The position numbers and the translations under genes are program-made. A stretch of DNA of 64,000 bases from Bacteroidota bacterium (lineage in GTDB: Bacteria > Bacteroidota > Bacteroidia > UKL13-3). The DNA lies in NCBI GenBank assembly GCA_027484685.1, contig JAIXSO010000026.1, forward strand, positions 18,406-82,405, given 5' to 3'. Shown here piece after piece: positions 10,343 to 18,814 of this stretch; positions within the stretch are counted from its first letter, which is position 1, and every line of letters starts with the position of its first letter. Below the pieces are notes generated by a model. That model saw nothing but the letters and a program-made list of their open reading frames with translations, was not told the origin of the DNA and searched no databases.

Positions 10343-11635
10343 TTAATATTGTTTGTGGCTAAATGATGAATGATTTATTCTTGATAAAATAACAATGGAA
10401 ATTACCAAAGGAACCCAATTTAAGTAATCATATGGAACCATTATAAATGCATAAAAAATGGTGAGCATAAACTTCAAGGTTAATAATGAAAATAGGTTTG
10501 TACCAACTGTTTTTCTAATTTTTGATTGTAATAAAATGATTGTAAAACTTGATAAAATACTGAATAAAAAAAGTGCGTTTTTATTTAGCTCAATTCTTTC
10601 TAAAAGTGAACCTGAACCAAATTGATAAAACCAACTTGCTAAACCAAATCCTTGAAATAATTGAAATGGTCTATCTGTGGGCGCTTGCCAACTTTGACCT
10701 TTCCATTCACCTAAAATGGAAGTAGTATAGTTAGCATTAAATGTTTTTAGCATTTCAGGTATTGGCAATACAAATGGAATCACAAAAAACAATAAAATCA
10801 TTGCACCAAAAACTACTGAAACTAAGAGGAATTTTTTGAAATTGTTTCTTAATAAATTGTAAAAGTAAACTGGTAACCAAAACAGAAAGGAATACCTCGA
10901 TAAAAAAGGAAGAATTAATCCTATTGATTTAAAAACAACATTGGTTGAAAACAATAAAGTTGCTAAAATCAAATAGTATCCCATAATCATTATTTCAATA
11001 CACTGAACTGCTGTTTTGCCATTTTTAAAATAAATAGTAAATAGCAAAACAAATGGCAAAGCACAGTTTATTAATAACCACTTTTTTTGTTGAATATTTT
11101 TAAGTAAAACCAATGTGTAAACAGTAGCAGCCAATAAAAAAACTATCACCACCATCCATTGATAATTGATGTTTAAATACTTGCTAATAACAAATGGAAA
11201 CCAATGTAAAGGTAAATATCCAGGAGTAAATGTTCCATAATTAAATCCAGTATAAGGTGCATAAATCACCTCGTTGTTTATAAATCGTTTTACAAAAATT
11301 TCATCTATAAATGGAATAATATCCGATTCATTTACATTGATAGGATATTTATTTATTTTATAATTTACTATAAAAATGGTTACTACTGTAAGAGTCAAAA
11401 ATAAGGCCAATATTGTTTTTAAATTGACGTTGGAAACAGGAGCATTTGAAGTGTTTTCTTCTAAAAAACTTTCTTTATTTTCACGTAGTAAGAAATAAGG
11501 AAATATAGCCAAAAATGTCCCCGAACCAATTATAATAAGAGGGCTAACTATAAACTCAAAAACATTTTTCACATAAAAAATGAATAATATTTCCAATAAA
11601 AAGGCTATGTACAAATACAAAATTTTTTTATTCAT
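10343..11635 (-). CDS. Polytopic membrane protein, putative GT-C glycosyltransferase
   Basis: SDIIP and YLP loop motifs, many TMs; position in glycosylation operon. Confidence 0.5.
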   Translation of the reverse strand: MNKKILYLYIAFLLEILFIFYVKNVFEFIVSPLIIIGSGTFLAIFPYFLLRENKESFLEENTSNAPVSNVNLKTILALFLTLTVVTIFIVNYKINKYPINVNESDIIPFIDEIFVKRFINNEVIYAPYTGFNYGTFTPGYLPLHWFPFVISKYLNINYQWMVVIVFLLAATVYTLVLLKNIQQKKWLLINCALPFVLLFTIYFKNGKTAVQCIEIMIMGYYLILATLLFSTNVVFKSIGLILPFLSRYSFLFWLPVYFYNLLRNNFKKFLLVSVVFGAMILLFFVIPFVLPIPEMLKTFNANYTTSILGEWKGQSWQAPTDRPFQLFQGFGLASWFYQFGSGSLLERIELNKNALFLFSILSSFTIILLQSKIRKTVGTNLFSLLTLKFMLTIFYAFIMVPYDYLNWVPLVISIVILSRINHSSFSHKQY

Positions 11636-11638
11636 ATG

Positions 11639-13723
11639 CTATTCCTCATCAGCTTGGTTAGGGGTTTCTAAAATACCTGTTTCATCAATAATAATGCTAT
11701 CGCTAATAATAGAATCATTTTTAATAATATAAGTTTTAGCCGGGCCTGTAATATTTATTTTATAAGTTAAGCCAATGGTATCTTCAGGTAAAATGAGGCT
11801 TCGCGCCACCATTTTATTGGTAATAAACTTAAACGAACGTTCCATGTAAGCGCGCATGCTACCATCTTTTTCAAATTTATACATAAATCCTTTAGGACTA
11901 GGCACAATGCTTGCCAAATAAAGTGCCTCGTTTAGGTTTAATTCTGCAGGTGTTTTTTGGAAATAAAACCTTGAAGCTTCACCAATTCCATATACGTTTG
12001 GTCCCCATTCTATTAGGTTTAAGTATACTTCAAACATACGCTCTTTCGAAACGATGTAATTGTTCTCTAACATATAAACCAATAAAATTTCTTCTAACTT
12101 ACGAGCCATGGTTTTTTCGCGTGTAAGAAACACGTTTTTAATCAATTGCATGCTAATGGTGCTTGCTCCTCTGGCAAATTTTCCAGTTCTAATATTTTTA
12201 GCAATTGATTGGCGGAAAGCTTCATTTACAAAACCCCTGTGATACATAAACGAAGGATCTTCGGTGGTTAAAATGGCCTTTTTTACAAATGGCGAAATGT
12301 TTTCGTAGCTAACAAAATTAGGGTTTTCGGGCCCAACTATAAATGAGCGCATAGCTCTTCCTTTTTCATAAGGCGTGTGCATAAAACTTTCGTTTAGTTT
12401 AGCTAAATTAGCTGCACCATATCTAGTTATATGCAAGTTGTCTTTATCAATATTGCTTTCAAAAACCATTTCATCGGGCTTATGAATATCCAAGTTAAAG
12501 TCTAATCTATAAGTAAAACTTCCGCTTGCTTCCATACCTTGAATATGGCTAAATAAAGCGGCTGGCAATGAGTTTATAAAATCTTGAGCAGGCGTTTTAT
12601 CAGTTTGCACGCTCATGGTAACAATGTATTTGTTAAAGAATTTATAAAAACTATTGTCTTTATTACGAGGAGCACGTTTTTCTGTGTTTTGTTCTTCGCT
12701 GCGTTCGCTTAACCTAAAATAAGGGTGAAACTTAGTTTGGTTAAATGTAACCACGGTAGAGCTATCAAGTGATATAAAATTGGGTCCAAATAAAAATTTA
12801 TACTTGGCATCGGCATGGTTAATTATTACATCGGTTTTAGCTATACGTGCATGGTTTAACATAAAACTATCAATGGAAGCGGCCCCAGTAATATTTAACA
12901 TGTCATCATCAAAATCAAAGCCATCCAACTGAAATCTGATAGAGTTAAATCCAGTTTTTAAACCAATTTTTTCGTAGAGATAAGGAATTTGAACAGTTTC
13001 AGAATCGGTGCGAGTAAAGTTTAAATCAGCTTGGCGTTTTTTAGGGTTAGCAGTTCCATTAATTTGCCATTGCTGAATGGCATTATTGCTATTTACGGTA
13101 ATATAACTATCAAAAATCTGTTTGTTTAGCGAAAGTTTGGTTAAGTTAAACGATACATTTTTATCATCATCTTTTATGCGTAAGTCAAAGTTTTCAATTA
13201 ACACTTCGCTGGGCACTTGTGCAAACAACCTCGACATTAGTTTATAAACCACTTTGGCGTAGTTTATATCTGTTTTTGGTTTTTCAATTTGCTCTATTGT
13301 GTCTTGTAAAGTACTGTCTTGTTTACTTAAAAAATCTTGAAAATTTTTATAATCGCCTTGTTTTACCAATTGAATATAACCTTGTTTTAAACCAATATCC
13401 TTTATCCTTACATCGGCTATAAGTAAATACCAAAACCTAACACTGGCAGTAAAATAATCAATGCTTACCAAAGTATCTCCACTTTGCGGCACCAAGGTTA
13501 TTTTCGATAATTCAATACCGCTAATGCCTTTAAACGATGCATTATCAATTTTTAAATCAGCATTGTATTCGGTTTTAAATTTAGCCGAAACCTTATTGAT
13601 GGCTTTGTTTAAGAAATAACCACGTAATAAAAAAAATGCCACTATTACAATTAAAAGTAATGAACCAACTATTTTAAAAAATGGTTTTAGAAATGCTTTT
13701 ATATTTATGTTTTTTACTTGCAC
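11639..13723 (-). CDS. Peptidoglycan transglycosylase (GT51) with long N-terminal extension
   Basis: TEDPSF..HRG, GASTISMQLIKN, RKLEE, YLNLIEWG motifs; N-terminal TM. Confidence 0.85.
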   Translation of the reverse strand: MQVKNINIKAFLKPFFKIVGSLLLIVIVAFFLLRGYFLNKAINKVSAKFKTEYNADLKIDNASFKGISGIELSKITLVPQSGDTLVSIDYFTASVRFWYLLIADVRIKDIGLKQGYIQLVKQGDYKNFQDFLSKQDSTLQDTIEQIEKPKTDINYAKVVYKLMSRLFAQVPSEVLIENFDLRIKDDDKNVSFNLTKLSLNKQIFDSYITVNSNNAIQQWQINGTANPKKRQADLNFTRTDSETVQIPYLYEKIGLKTGFNSIRFQLDGFDFDDDMLNITGAASIDSFMLNHARIAKTDVIINHADAKYKFLFGPNFISLDSSTVVTFNQTKFHPYFRLSERSEEQNTEKRAPRNKDNSFYKFFNKYIVTMSVQTDKTPAQDFINSLPAALFSHIQGMEASGSFTYRLDFNLDIHKPDEMVFESNIDKDNLHITRYGAANLAKLNESFMHTPYEKGRAMRSFIVGPENPNFVSYENISPFVKKAILTTEDPSFMYHRGFVNEAFRQSIAKNIRTGKFARGASTISMQLIKNVFLTREKTMARKLEEILLVYMLENNYIVSKERMFEVYLNLIEWGPNVYGIGEASRFYFQKTPAELNLNEALYLASIVPSPKGFMYKFEKDGSMRAYMERSFKFITNKMVARSLILPEDTIGLTYKINITGPAKTYIIKNDSIISDSIIIDETGILETPNQADEE

Positions 13724-13758
13724 TTGGAGATGGTATTGTAAAAGGCTAAAATGAAAAA

Positions 13759-13792
13759 TAGCAATGATTCTAAGTATTTTGAATCATTGCTA
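13759..13792 (-). terminator. Intrinsic terminator after frr
   Basis: tagcaatgattc / gaatcattgcta stem with flanking A-tracts. Confidence 0.6.
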
Positions 13793-13819
13793 AATAAAAA
13801 TAAGGTATAAAAACTATTA

Positions 13820-14386
13820 TTAAACGTGCATAATTTCAGCTTCTTTAATAGCTAAAAGCTCGTCAATTTTTTTGATATAAGCATCAGTGGTTTTTTGTAC
13901 ACTTGCTTCAGCAGTTTTTGCTTCATCTTCAGGTAATCCATCTTTTTGTAATTTTTTGATGGTTTCGTTGGTTTCTTTTCTAATATTTCTAACAGCTACT
14001 TTAGCATTTTCCGATTCGGCTTTAGCTTTTTTAGCAATTTCTTTTCTTCTTTCTTCGGTTAATGGCGGTAAAGTTATGCGAATGATAGTTCCATCGTTAG
14101 TTGGATTGAAGCCTAAATTCGAAATAATAATACCTTTTTCAATGGCTTGGAACATGTTTTTTTCCCAAGGTTGAATGGTAATGGTTTTAGCATCAGGGGT
14201 GCTAATATTTGCTACTTGGCTTACAGGCACTAACGAGCCATAATACTCCACTTTTACGGCATCTATCATACTTGGATGCGATTTTCCTGCACGAATCTTT
14301 GTAAACTCGCTTGTTGCATGGTCAATTGCAGCATCCATCATTTGCTTTAAATTATCTAATACTGGTTTTAAACGTGGGTCGCTCAT
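13820..14386 (-). CDS. frr: Ribosome recycling factor
   Basis: IRAGK, IQPWEK, PPLTEERRKE, VRNIR motifs. Confidence 0.97.
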   Translation of the reverse strand: MSDPRLKPVLDNLKQMMDAAIDHATSEFTKIRAGKSHPSMIDAVKVEYYGSLVPVSQVANISTPDAKTITIQPWEKNMFQAIEKGIIISNLGFNPTNDGTIIRITLPPLTEERRKEIAKKAKAESENAKVAVRNIRKETNETIKKLQKDGLPEDEAKTAEASVQKTTDAYIKKIDELLAIKEAEIMHV

Positions 14387-14461
14387 ATTATTATTTTATA
14401 ATTATTTTTATTGAAAAATTGTGTTTCTAAAATCAGCCGCAAAATAACATTTTAAAACAAT

Positions 14462-15397
14462 TTAAAAATTTACTTTATGCGCAATTATGTAATCAGGCCT
14501 GCCTTTTACTTCATCAAAAATATTGGCAATATATTGCGCAACTAAACCAATGGTTAACAATTGAATACCTCCAAAAAATATAACAATGGTAAGTGTACTA
14601 GCCCAACCTGCTACGGCTTTATTACTAAAAAAATATCCGTAAAGAATGTAAATTAACAATCCTAAAGCAATTATGGTACTTATAAAACCAATTTGAATCG
14701 CCAATTTCAGAGGTTTTTTTGAAAAATACATAATGCCATTTAAGGCAAAACGAATCATTTTTTTCAAAGGATATTTAGTTTCACCCTCTTGACGTAAATC
14801 TCGCTCGTAATAAAATGGAATTTGCACAAAACCAATCCAACTAATCAAACCTCTTACAAACTTATTTTTTTCACCTAATTTTTTAAACTCCTTAATGATG
14901 TTTTTATCAATTAACCTAAAGTCGCCTGTATCAAGTGGAATTGGCACTTCGCTTAATTTATCCATTAATTTATAAAAATATTTAGCTGTGATTTTTTTGA
15001 AAAAAGTTTCACCTTTTCTAGTTTTTCTAACACAATAAATAGCGTTGCAATTGGATGAATTATACAAATCTAACATTTCGCCAAATAGTTCAGGTGGATC
15101 TTGCAAATCGGCATCAATTATGATTGCCAAATCTGTTTCAGTATTATTTATACCCGCAGTTACCGCAGCCTGATGACCAAAATTTCTTGAAAAATGAATT
15201 ACTTTTACGTTTGAATTTTGACTTGCAATAATATTTAGTTTTTCAGCACTTTTATCTTTACTTCCGTCATTTATAAAAATTATATTCGATTCATAATTTG
15301 GCAGCTTTTCGAGCACATCATTAACCCTTTGATAGGTTTTTTCTATCAATAATTCTTCGTTATAGCAAGGAATAATTATGGTTAATGTTTGTGGCAT
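14462..15397 (-). CDS. GT2 GtrB/CsbB-like polyprenol-phosphate glycosyltransferase
   Basis: FSRNFGHQAA, IDADLQDPPE, DTGDFRL, two C-terminal TMs. Confidence 0.9.
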   Translation of the reverse strand: MPQTLTIIIPCYNEELLIEKTYQRVNDVLEKLPNYESNIIFINDGSKDKSAEKLNIIASQNSNVKVIHFSRNFGHQAAVTAGINNTETDLAIIIDADLQDPPELFGEMLDLYNSSNCNAIYCVRKTRKGETFFKKITAKYFYKLMDKLSEVPIPLDTGDFRLIDKNIIKEFKKLGEKNKFVRGLISWIGFVQIPFYYERDLRQEGETKYPLKKMIRFALNGIMYFSKKPLKLAIQIGFISTIIALGLLIYILYGYFFSNKAVAGWASTLTIVIFFGGIQLLTIGLVAQYIANIFDEVKGRPDYIIAHKVNF

Positions 15398-15514
15398 GAA
15401 TTTCGGGTTAAGAATTACGAATTACGAATTTATTGCTGCTGAGCGAAGCCAAAACTATAAACTGACAACTATGTACTAAATCACGCAAGGCGTGAAAGTG
15501 CTAAGAACTGTTTG

Positions 15515-15964
15515 CTACTTTTTCAATTCAAGTTTTTTCCAAGTATCGGTTCTACCAAACATACTAACACCAATAAATCCTCTAATTTCCATTGTGTTTT
15601 TATCTGCTAAGTTTATTTTACACTTATAAGTTTTGCCACTTTCTGGGTCATAAATGGTTCCTTCGTCCCATAAATTATCGCCTTTGTATTCAAAACCACC
15701 AACTAGTTGCAGGCCTAAAATAGGTTTAGTTTGTTTTGCAGGATCTTCATTGTTTACATCTAGTTTTGGTTTTCCTTCTGCATTTAATGGCTCTTTTAAC
15801 CATACAATTCTTCCAAAATAAAAGTTGCCAACTTTAGTGATTTTTACTCTTGCTTTACCATTTCCAGTTTCCCAAACCCCAATAATATCGTCCGCATTTT
15901 GTTGAGCATTACAATTGTATAAAATTGATAATAAGCTAAATAATGTAATTAAAATTTTTTTCAT
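15515..15964 (-). CDS. DUF2147 exported protein (start moved to MKKILI)
   Basis: G.IYDPESGKTY...RGFIG.SMFGRT..W signature; signal peptide. Confidence 0.85.
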   Translation of the reverse strand: MKKILITLFSLLSILYNCNAQQNADDIIGVWETGNGKARVKITKVGNFYFGRIVWLKEPLNAEGKPKLDVNNEDPAKQTKPILGLQLVGGFEYKGDNLWDEGTIYDPESGKTYKCKINLADKNTMEIRGFIGVSMFGRTDTWKKLELKK

Positions 15965-16027
15965 GTTTTTGTATTTTATTAAGTGCAATAAGCAAAAATT
16001 TTGAAACAAAAAAAAGTAGTTTTTTAT

Positions 16028-16064
16028 AAAAAAAAGCCCTTTTGACAGAAGTCAAAAGGGCTTT
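16028..16064 (-). terminator. Intrinsic terminator
   Basis: aaagcccttttgac-agaa-gtcaaaagggcttt perfect stem followed by U-tract on the minus strand. Confidence 0.85.
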
Positions 16065-16082
16065 GTATAAATTGATAATTAA

Positions 16083-18740
16083 TTATTTACCAGAAACCAT
16101 AAATTTAACAGTTTGCATACCATTGGTATTGCTAATGTTTAAGAAATAAACGCCATTGTTTAATTGGCTAATATTTATTTGCTCGTTAAAGTTTTTAGTA
16201 TTAATGGTTTGTTTTACTACCTCTCTACCTAACATATCAACTATTACTAATTGTGCAGGTAATTGATTGATATTTTCAATGCTAACATTTAACTCAGCAT
16301 AAGCAGGTGAAGGATAAACCTTAACGCTGCTGCTAATAGCATTTACATTATTAACACCAGTATTTTTAACTACTACTATAGTTCTTACTGCAGACGCTGT
16401 ATTATTAGCTAAATCAGATACACTGTAAGTAATAGTATAAGTTCCCAATTTACTTGAATCTAAAGTACTAACTTTAGTTATTTTATTGGTAATGTTTCCA
16501 TCAATATTGTCTAGAGCGGTAGCACCTGCATCTACATACGATTTTCCTTGCATCAAAGTATCCTGAATTTTACCTAAAATAGTAATAACTGGTTTGGTAA
16601 TATCTGGTACAACAACATTGACAATTCTAGTAACTGAATCCATATTGCCTGCTTTATCATTAACTGCGTAAGATATAACATAGGTACCAACTATTGCAGT
16701 ATTTACTGTGCCACTTGTTCTAATATTTGCGGTAATATTACCATCTTTATCATCAGTTGCTGTAGCACCTAAATCAGTGTATACGCTGTCTTTTTTTATA
16801 TTGATTGGATTTGCTCCAACAATTGTAATTACAGGTTTAATAGTATCAATATTACTAAAGTCTGCATCATTTGCATCGCGAGGAATCAATTTGAAGTTTG
16901 CGTTAGCAAAATACATAGGTCCTTGAATAAAGCCCATTTTCATGCCAACGTAAACCAAGTTATTGTAGTTTTTAAAATTTGTATTGTAATCATCTATTCT
17001 CAAAGATAAATTTCCTTTTCCTTTAACAGCAAATTCGCCAAAGCTACCTGTTGGTGCATCAGGATTTTTGCTTGAAACCTCAACACTATCAAAACGCATT
17101 AAAACGGCTTCCCATTTACGGCAATAGTTAATATTTCCTAATGCAAATGAATCTAATGACAAAGTGGTTTCTGGGGTTGGTAATGGATTACCTGTTGATA
17201 TTACCGAACTTAAAATATTATTTAACGTAGTAATGTTAAATGATTCTCTTACTGTTGCTCTTGTAATTAAAACTGAATCACCCACATTCCATTTTGCAGT
17301 GCTATCTGCTCCTGAGTTTCTCGCTACAAAAATTGCCGAGTTAGGGCCTTTTCCATCTTGAACAGTAATTAAACCGCCAAAACCTTTTCCAGTAACAATA
17401 CCACGAACATTTATATTTAGCAATGAATCACCATTCCAAATACTTGTTCCGTTAGGCACTACACTTGTTTGTAATGCCCTAATATTATTCACACCGTTTG
17501 GTCCAGTAATGTAATATTTATTACCAAATGCGAATGGATCAGGAATTAAAGTAGTTCTATTTCTGTTATCGGTTGCTCCAACCCAGTAAGTCATTACACA
17601 TTCTGTATTTGTTGGAGGAACTGTTGCTAGAAAATTATTAGTTGTTGGAATTTGAGTCATTGTTACAGAATCTAAAATATTAGTTACAGAATTCTTGTAA
17701 TACAATTTGCTGATTTTAACAGTTGTGTCCTCTACAGTAATTTCGAATGTTAATTTAGTGCTATCTGTTGATTTTACAATAGAAGGAGTTCTTTCAATAA
17801 ATTTAATTGAAGGTTTACAGCCAGTACAAACTTTAAAGTCGTTTGGGTAAATTGGAGCAATACCATATCTAGCTCTTCCACCAACTTGATATTCTGTAAC
17901 AACTCCTTGTAAATAACTTAAGCGTGCACCAATTGGAGGAGCAACAAATCTATTGGGATCAACAGCATTTAATCCAGTTGAATCTCCAAAAGCATCTCTT
18001 CTGTAATAAGAAGAAAAATCTCTAATTTCAATTACATTTCCAAAATCATCAATAACACTCCATGCAGTTCTATTTGTGTTTGTACCAATTGTATTTACCA
18101 CATCGTAAACAGTAACATCTTTTATTCTAACTAATGTGCCTTCATATTGCTCTCCAGTTAGTTTTTGTGGATCACGAGTTGAAGAATTAGGATTACCTAA
18201 CATTAATTGACTAGCTGTGATATCTGTATATACCAATGTGTCAGGAGTTAAACTGATTTGCTCAACACCATTTTCCCAATTGGTGTTACTTCTAATTAAA
18301 TTAATTTGAGTTTCTCCTTGAAAATCTCTTATTACACCAGTTACTCTAACTTTATAACCTACCACGAAATTATCGTAGAATTTTGTTTCTGCTAACAAGT
18401 TGGCAAGGGTGGTTCCCGTTCCTGAAGGCTCGCACATTACCAATACTCCACTCCAAGGTCCTCCTCCTTTACGTTGGATATAAGCACCTTTTCTACTCGC
18501 AGATAAACCATAGGCTTTAGGGTTGCTTATAACTATTCCTTCAAAACGAACGGTATCTCTGTAAATTGTGTCTTTAAAGCTAGGATTTACATAATCAGGT
18601 AAAGTGTTGCCAGTTGGATTGCTTAACTTGGGAGTGTTTACAAAAGTTATGGAATCAATTGGTAAAATTGGATAAGGATTTTGCGCATTGGCAATTAATC
18701 CTCCCAATATGGTAGTGATAAGTAAAATTGTCTTTTTCAT
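16083..18740 (-). CDS. T9SS cargo protein with OB-fold-like repeats, two DUF5011/Ig-like domains and type A CTD
   Basis: Signal peptide; VRVTGVIRDFQGETQI and EQYEGTLVRIKDV segments; D.GATA.D..DG.IT Ig repeats; VYPSP...GVYFL CTD. Confidence 0.75.
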   Translation of the reverse strand: MKKTILLITTILGGLIANAQNPYPILPIDSITFVNTPKLSNPTGNTLPDYVNPSFKDTIYRDTVRFEGIVISNPKAYGLSASRKGAYIQRKGGGPWSGVLVMCEPSGTGTTLANLLAETKFYDNFVVGYKVRVTGVIRDFQGETQINLIRSNTNWENGVEQISLTPDTLVYTDITASQLMLGNPNSSTRDPQKLTGEQYEGTLVRIKDVTVYDVVNTIGTNTNRTAWSVIDDFGNVIEIRDFSSYYRRDAFGDSTGLNAVDPNRFVAPPIGARLSYLQGVVTEYQVGGRARYGIAPIYPNDFKVCTGCKPSIKFIERTPSIVKSTDSTKLTFEITVEDTTVKISKLYYKNSVTNILDSVTMTQIPTTNNFLATVPPTNTECVMTYWVGATDNRNRTTLIPDPFAFGNKYYITGPNGVNNIRALQTSVVPNGTSIWNGDSLLNINVRGIVTGKGFGGLITVQDGKGPNSAIFVARNSGADSTAKWNVGDSVLITRATVRESFNITTLNNILSSVISTGNPLPTPETTLSLDSFALGNINYCRKWEAVLMRFDSVEVSSKNPDAPTGSFGEFAVKGKGNLSLRIDDYNTNFKNYNNLVYVGMKMGFIQGPMYFANANFKLIPRDANDADFSNIDTIKPVITIVGANPINIKKDSVYTDLGATATDDKDGNITANIRTSGTVNTAIVGTYVISYAVNDKAGNMDSVTRIVNVVVPDITKPVITILGKIQDTLMQGKSYVDAGATALDNIDGNITNKITKVSTLDSSKLGTYTITYSVSDLANNTASAVRTIVVVKNTGVNNVNAISSSVKVYPSPAYAELNVSIENINQLPAQLVIVDMLGREVVKQTINTKNFNEQINISQLNNGVYFLNISNTNGMQTVKFMVSGK

Positions 18741-18777
18741 TTTATTTGTTTATTTAGTTTATAGTTTATTAATTTTT

Positions 18778-18813
18778 GGTTACTGAGCTTGTCCGATAGC
18801 TATCGGACGAAGT
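18778..18813. repeat. REP-like motif containing an 18-bp perfect palindrome
   Basis: gtccgatagctatcggac (18791-18808) is a perfect palindrome inside ggttactgagcttgt...cgaagt. Confidence 0.6.
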
Positions 18814-18814
18814 A

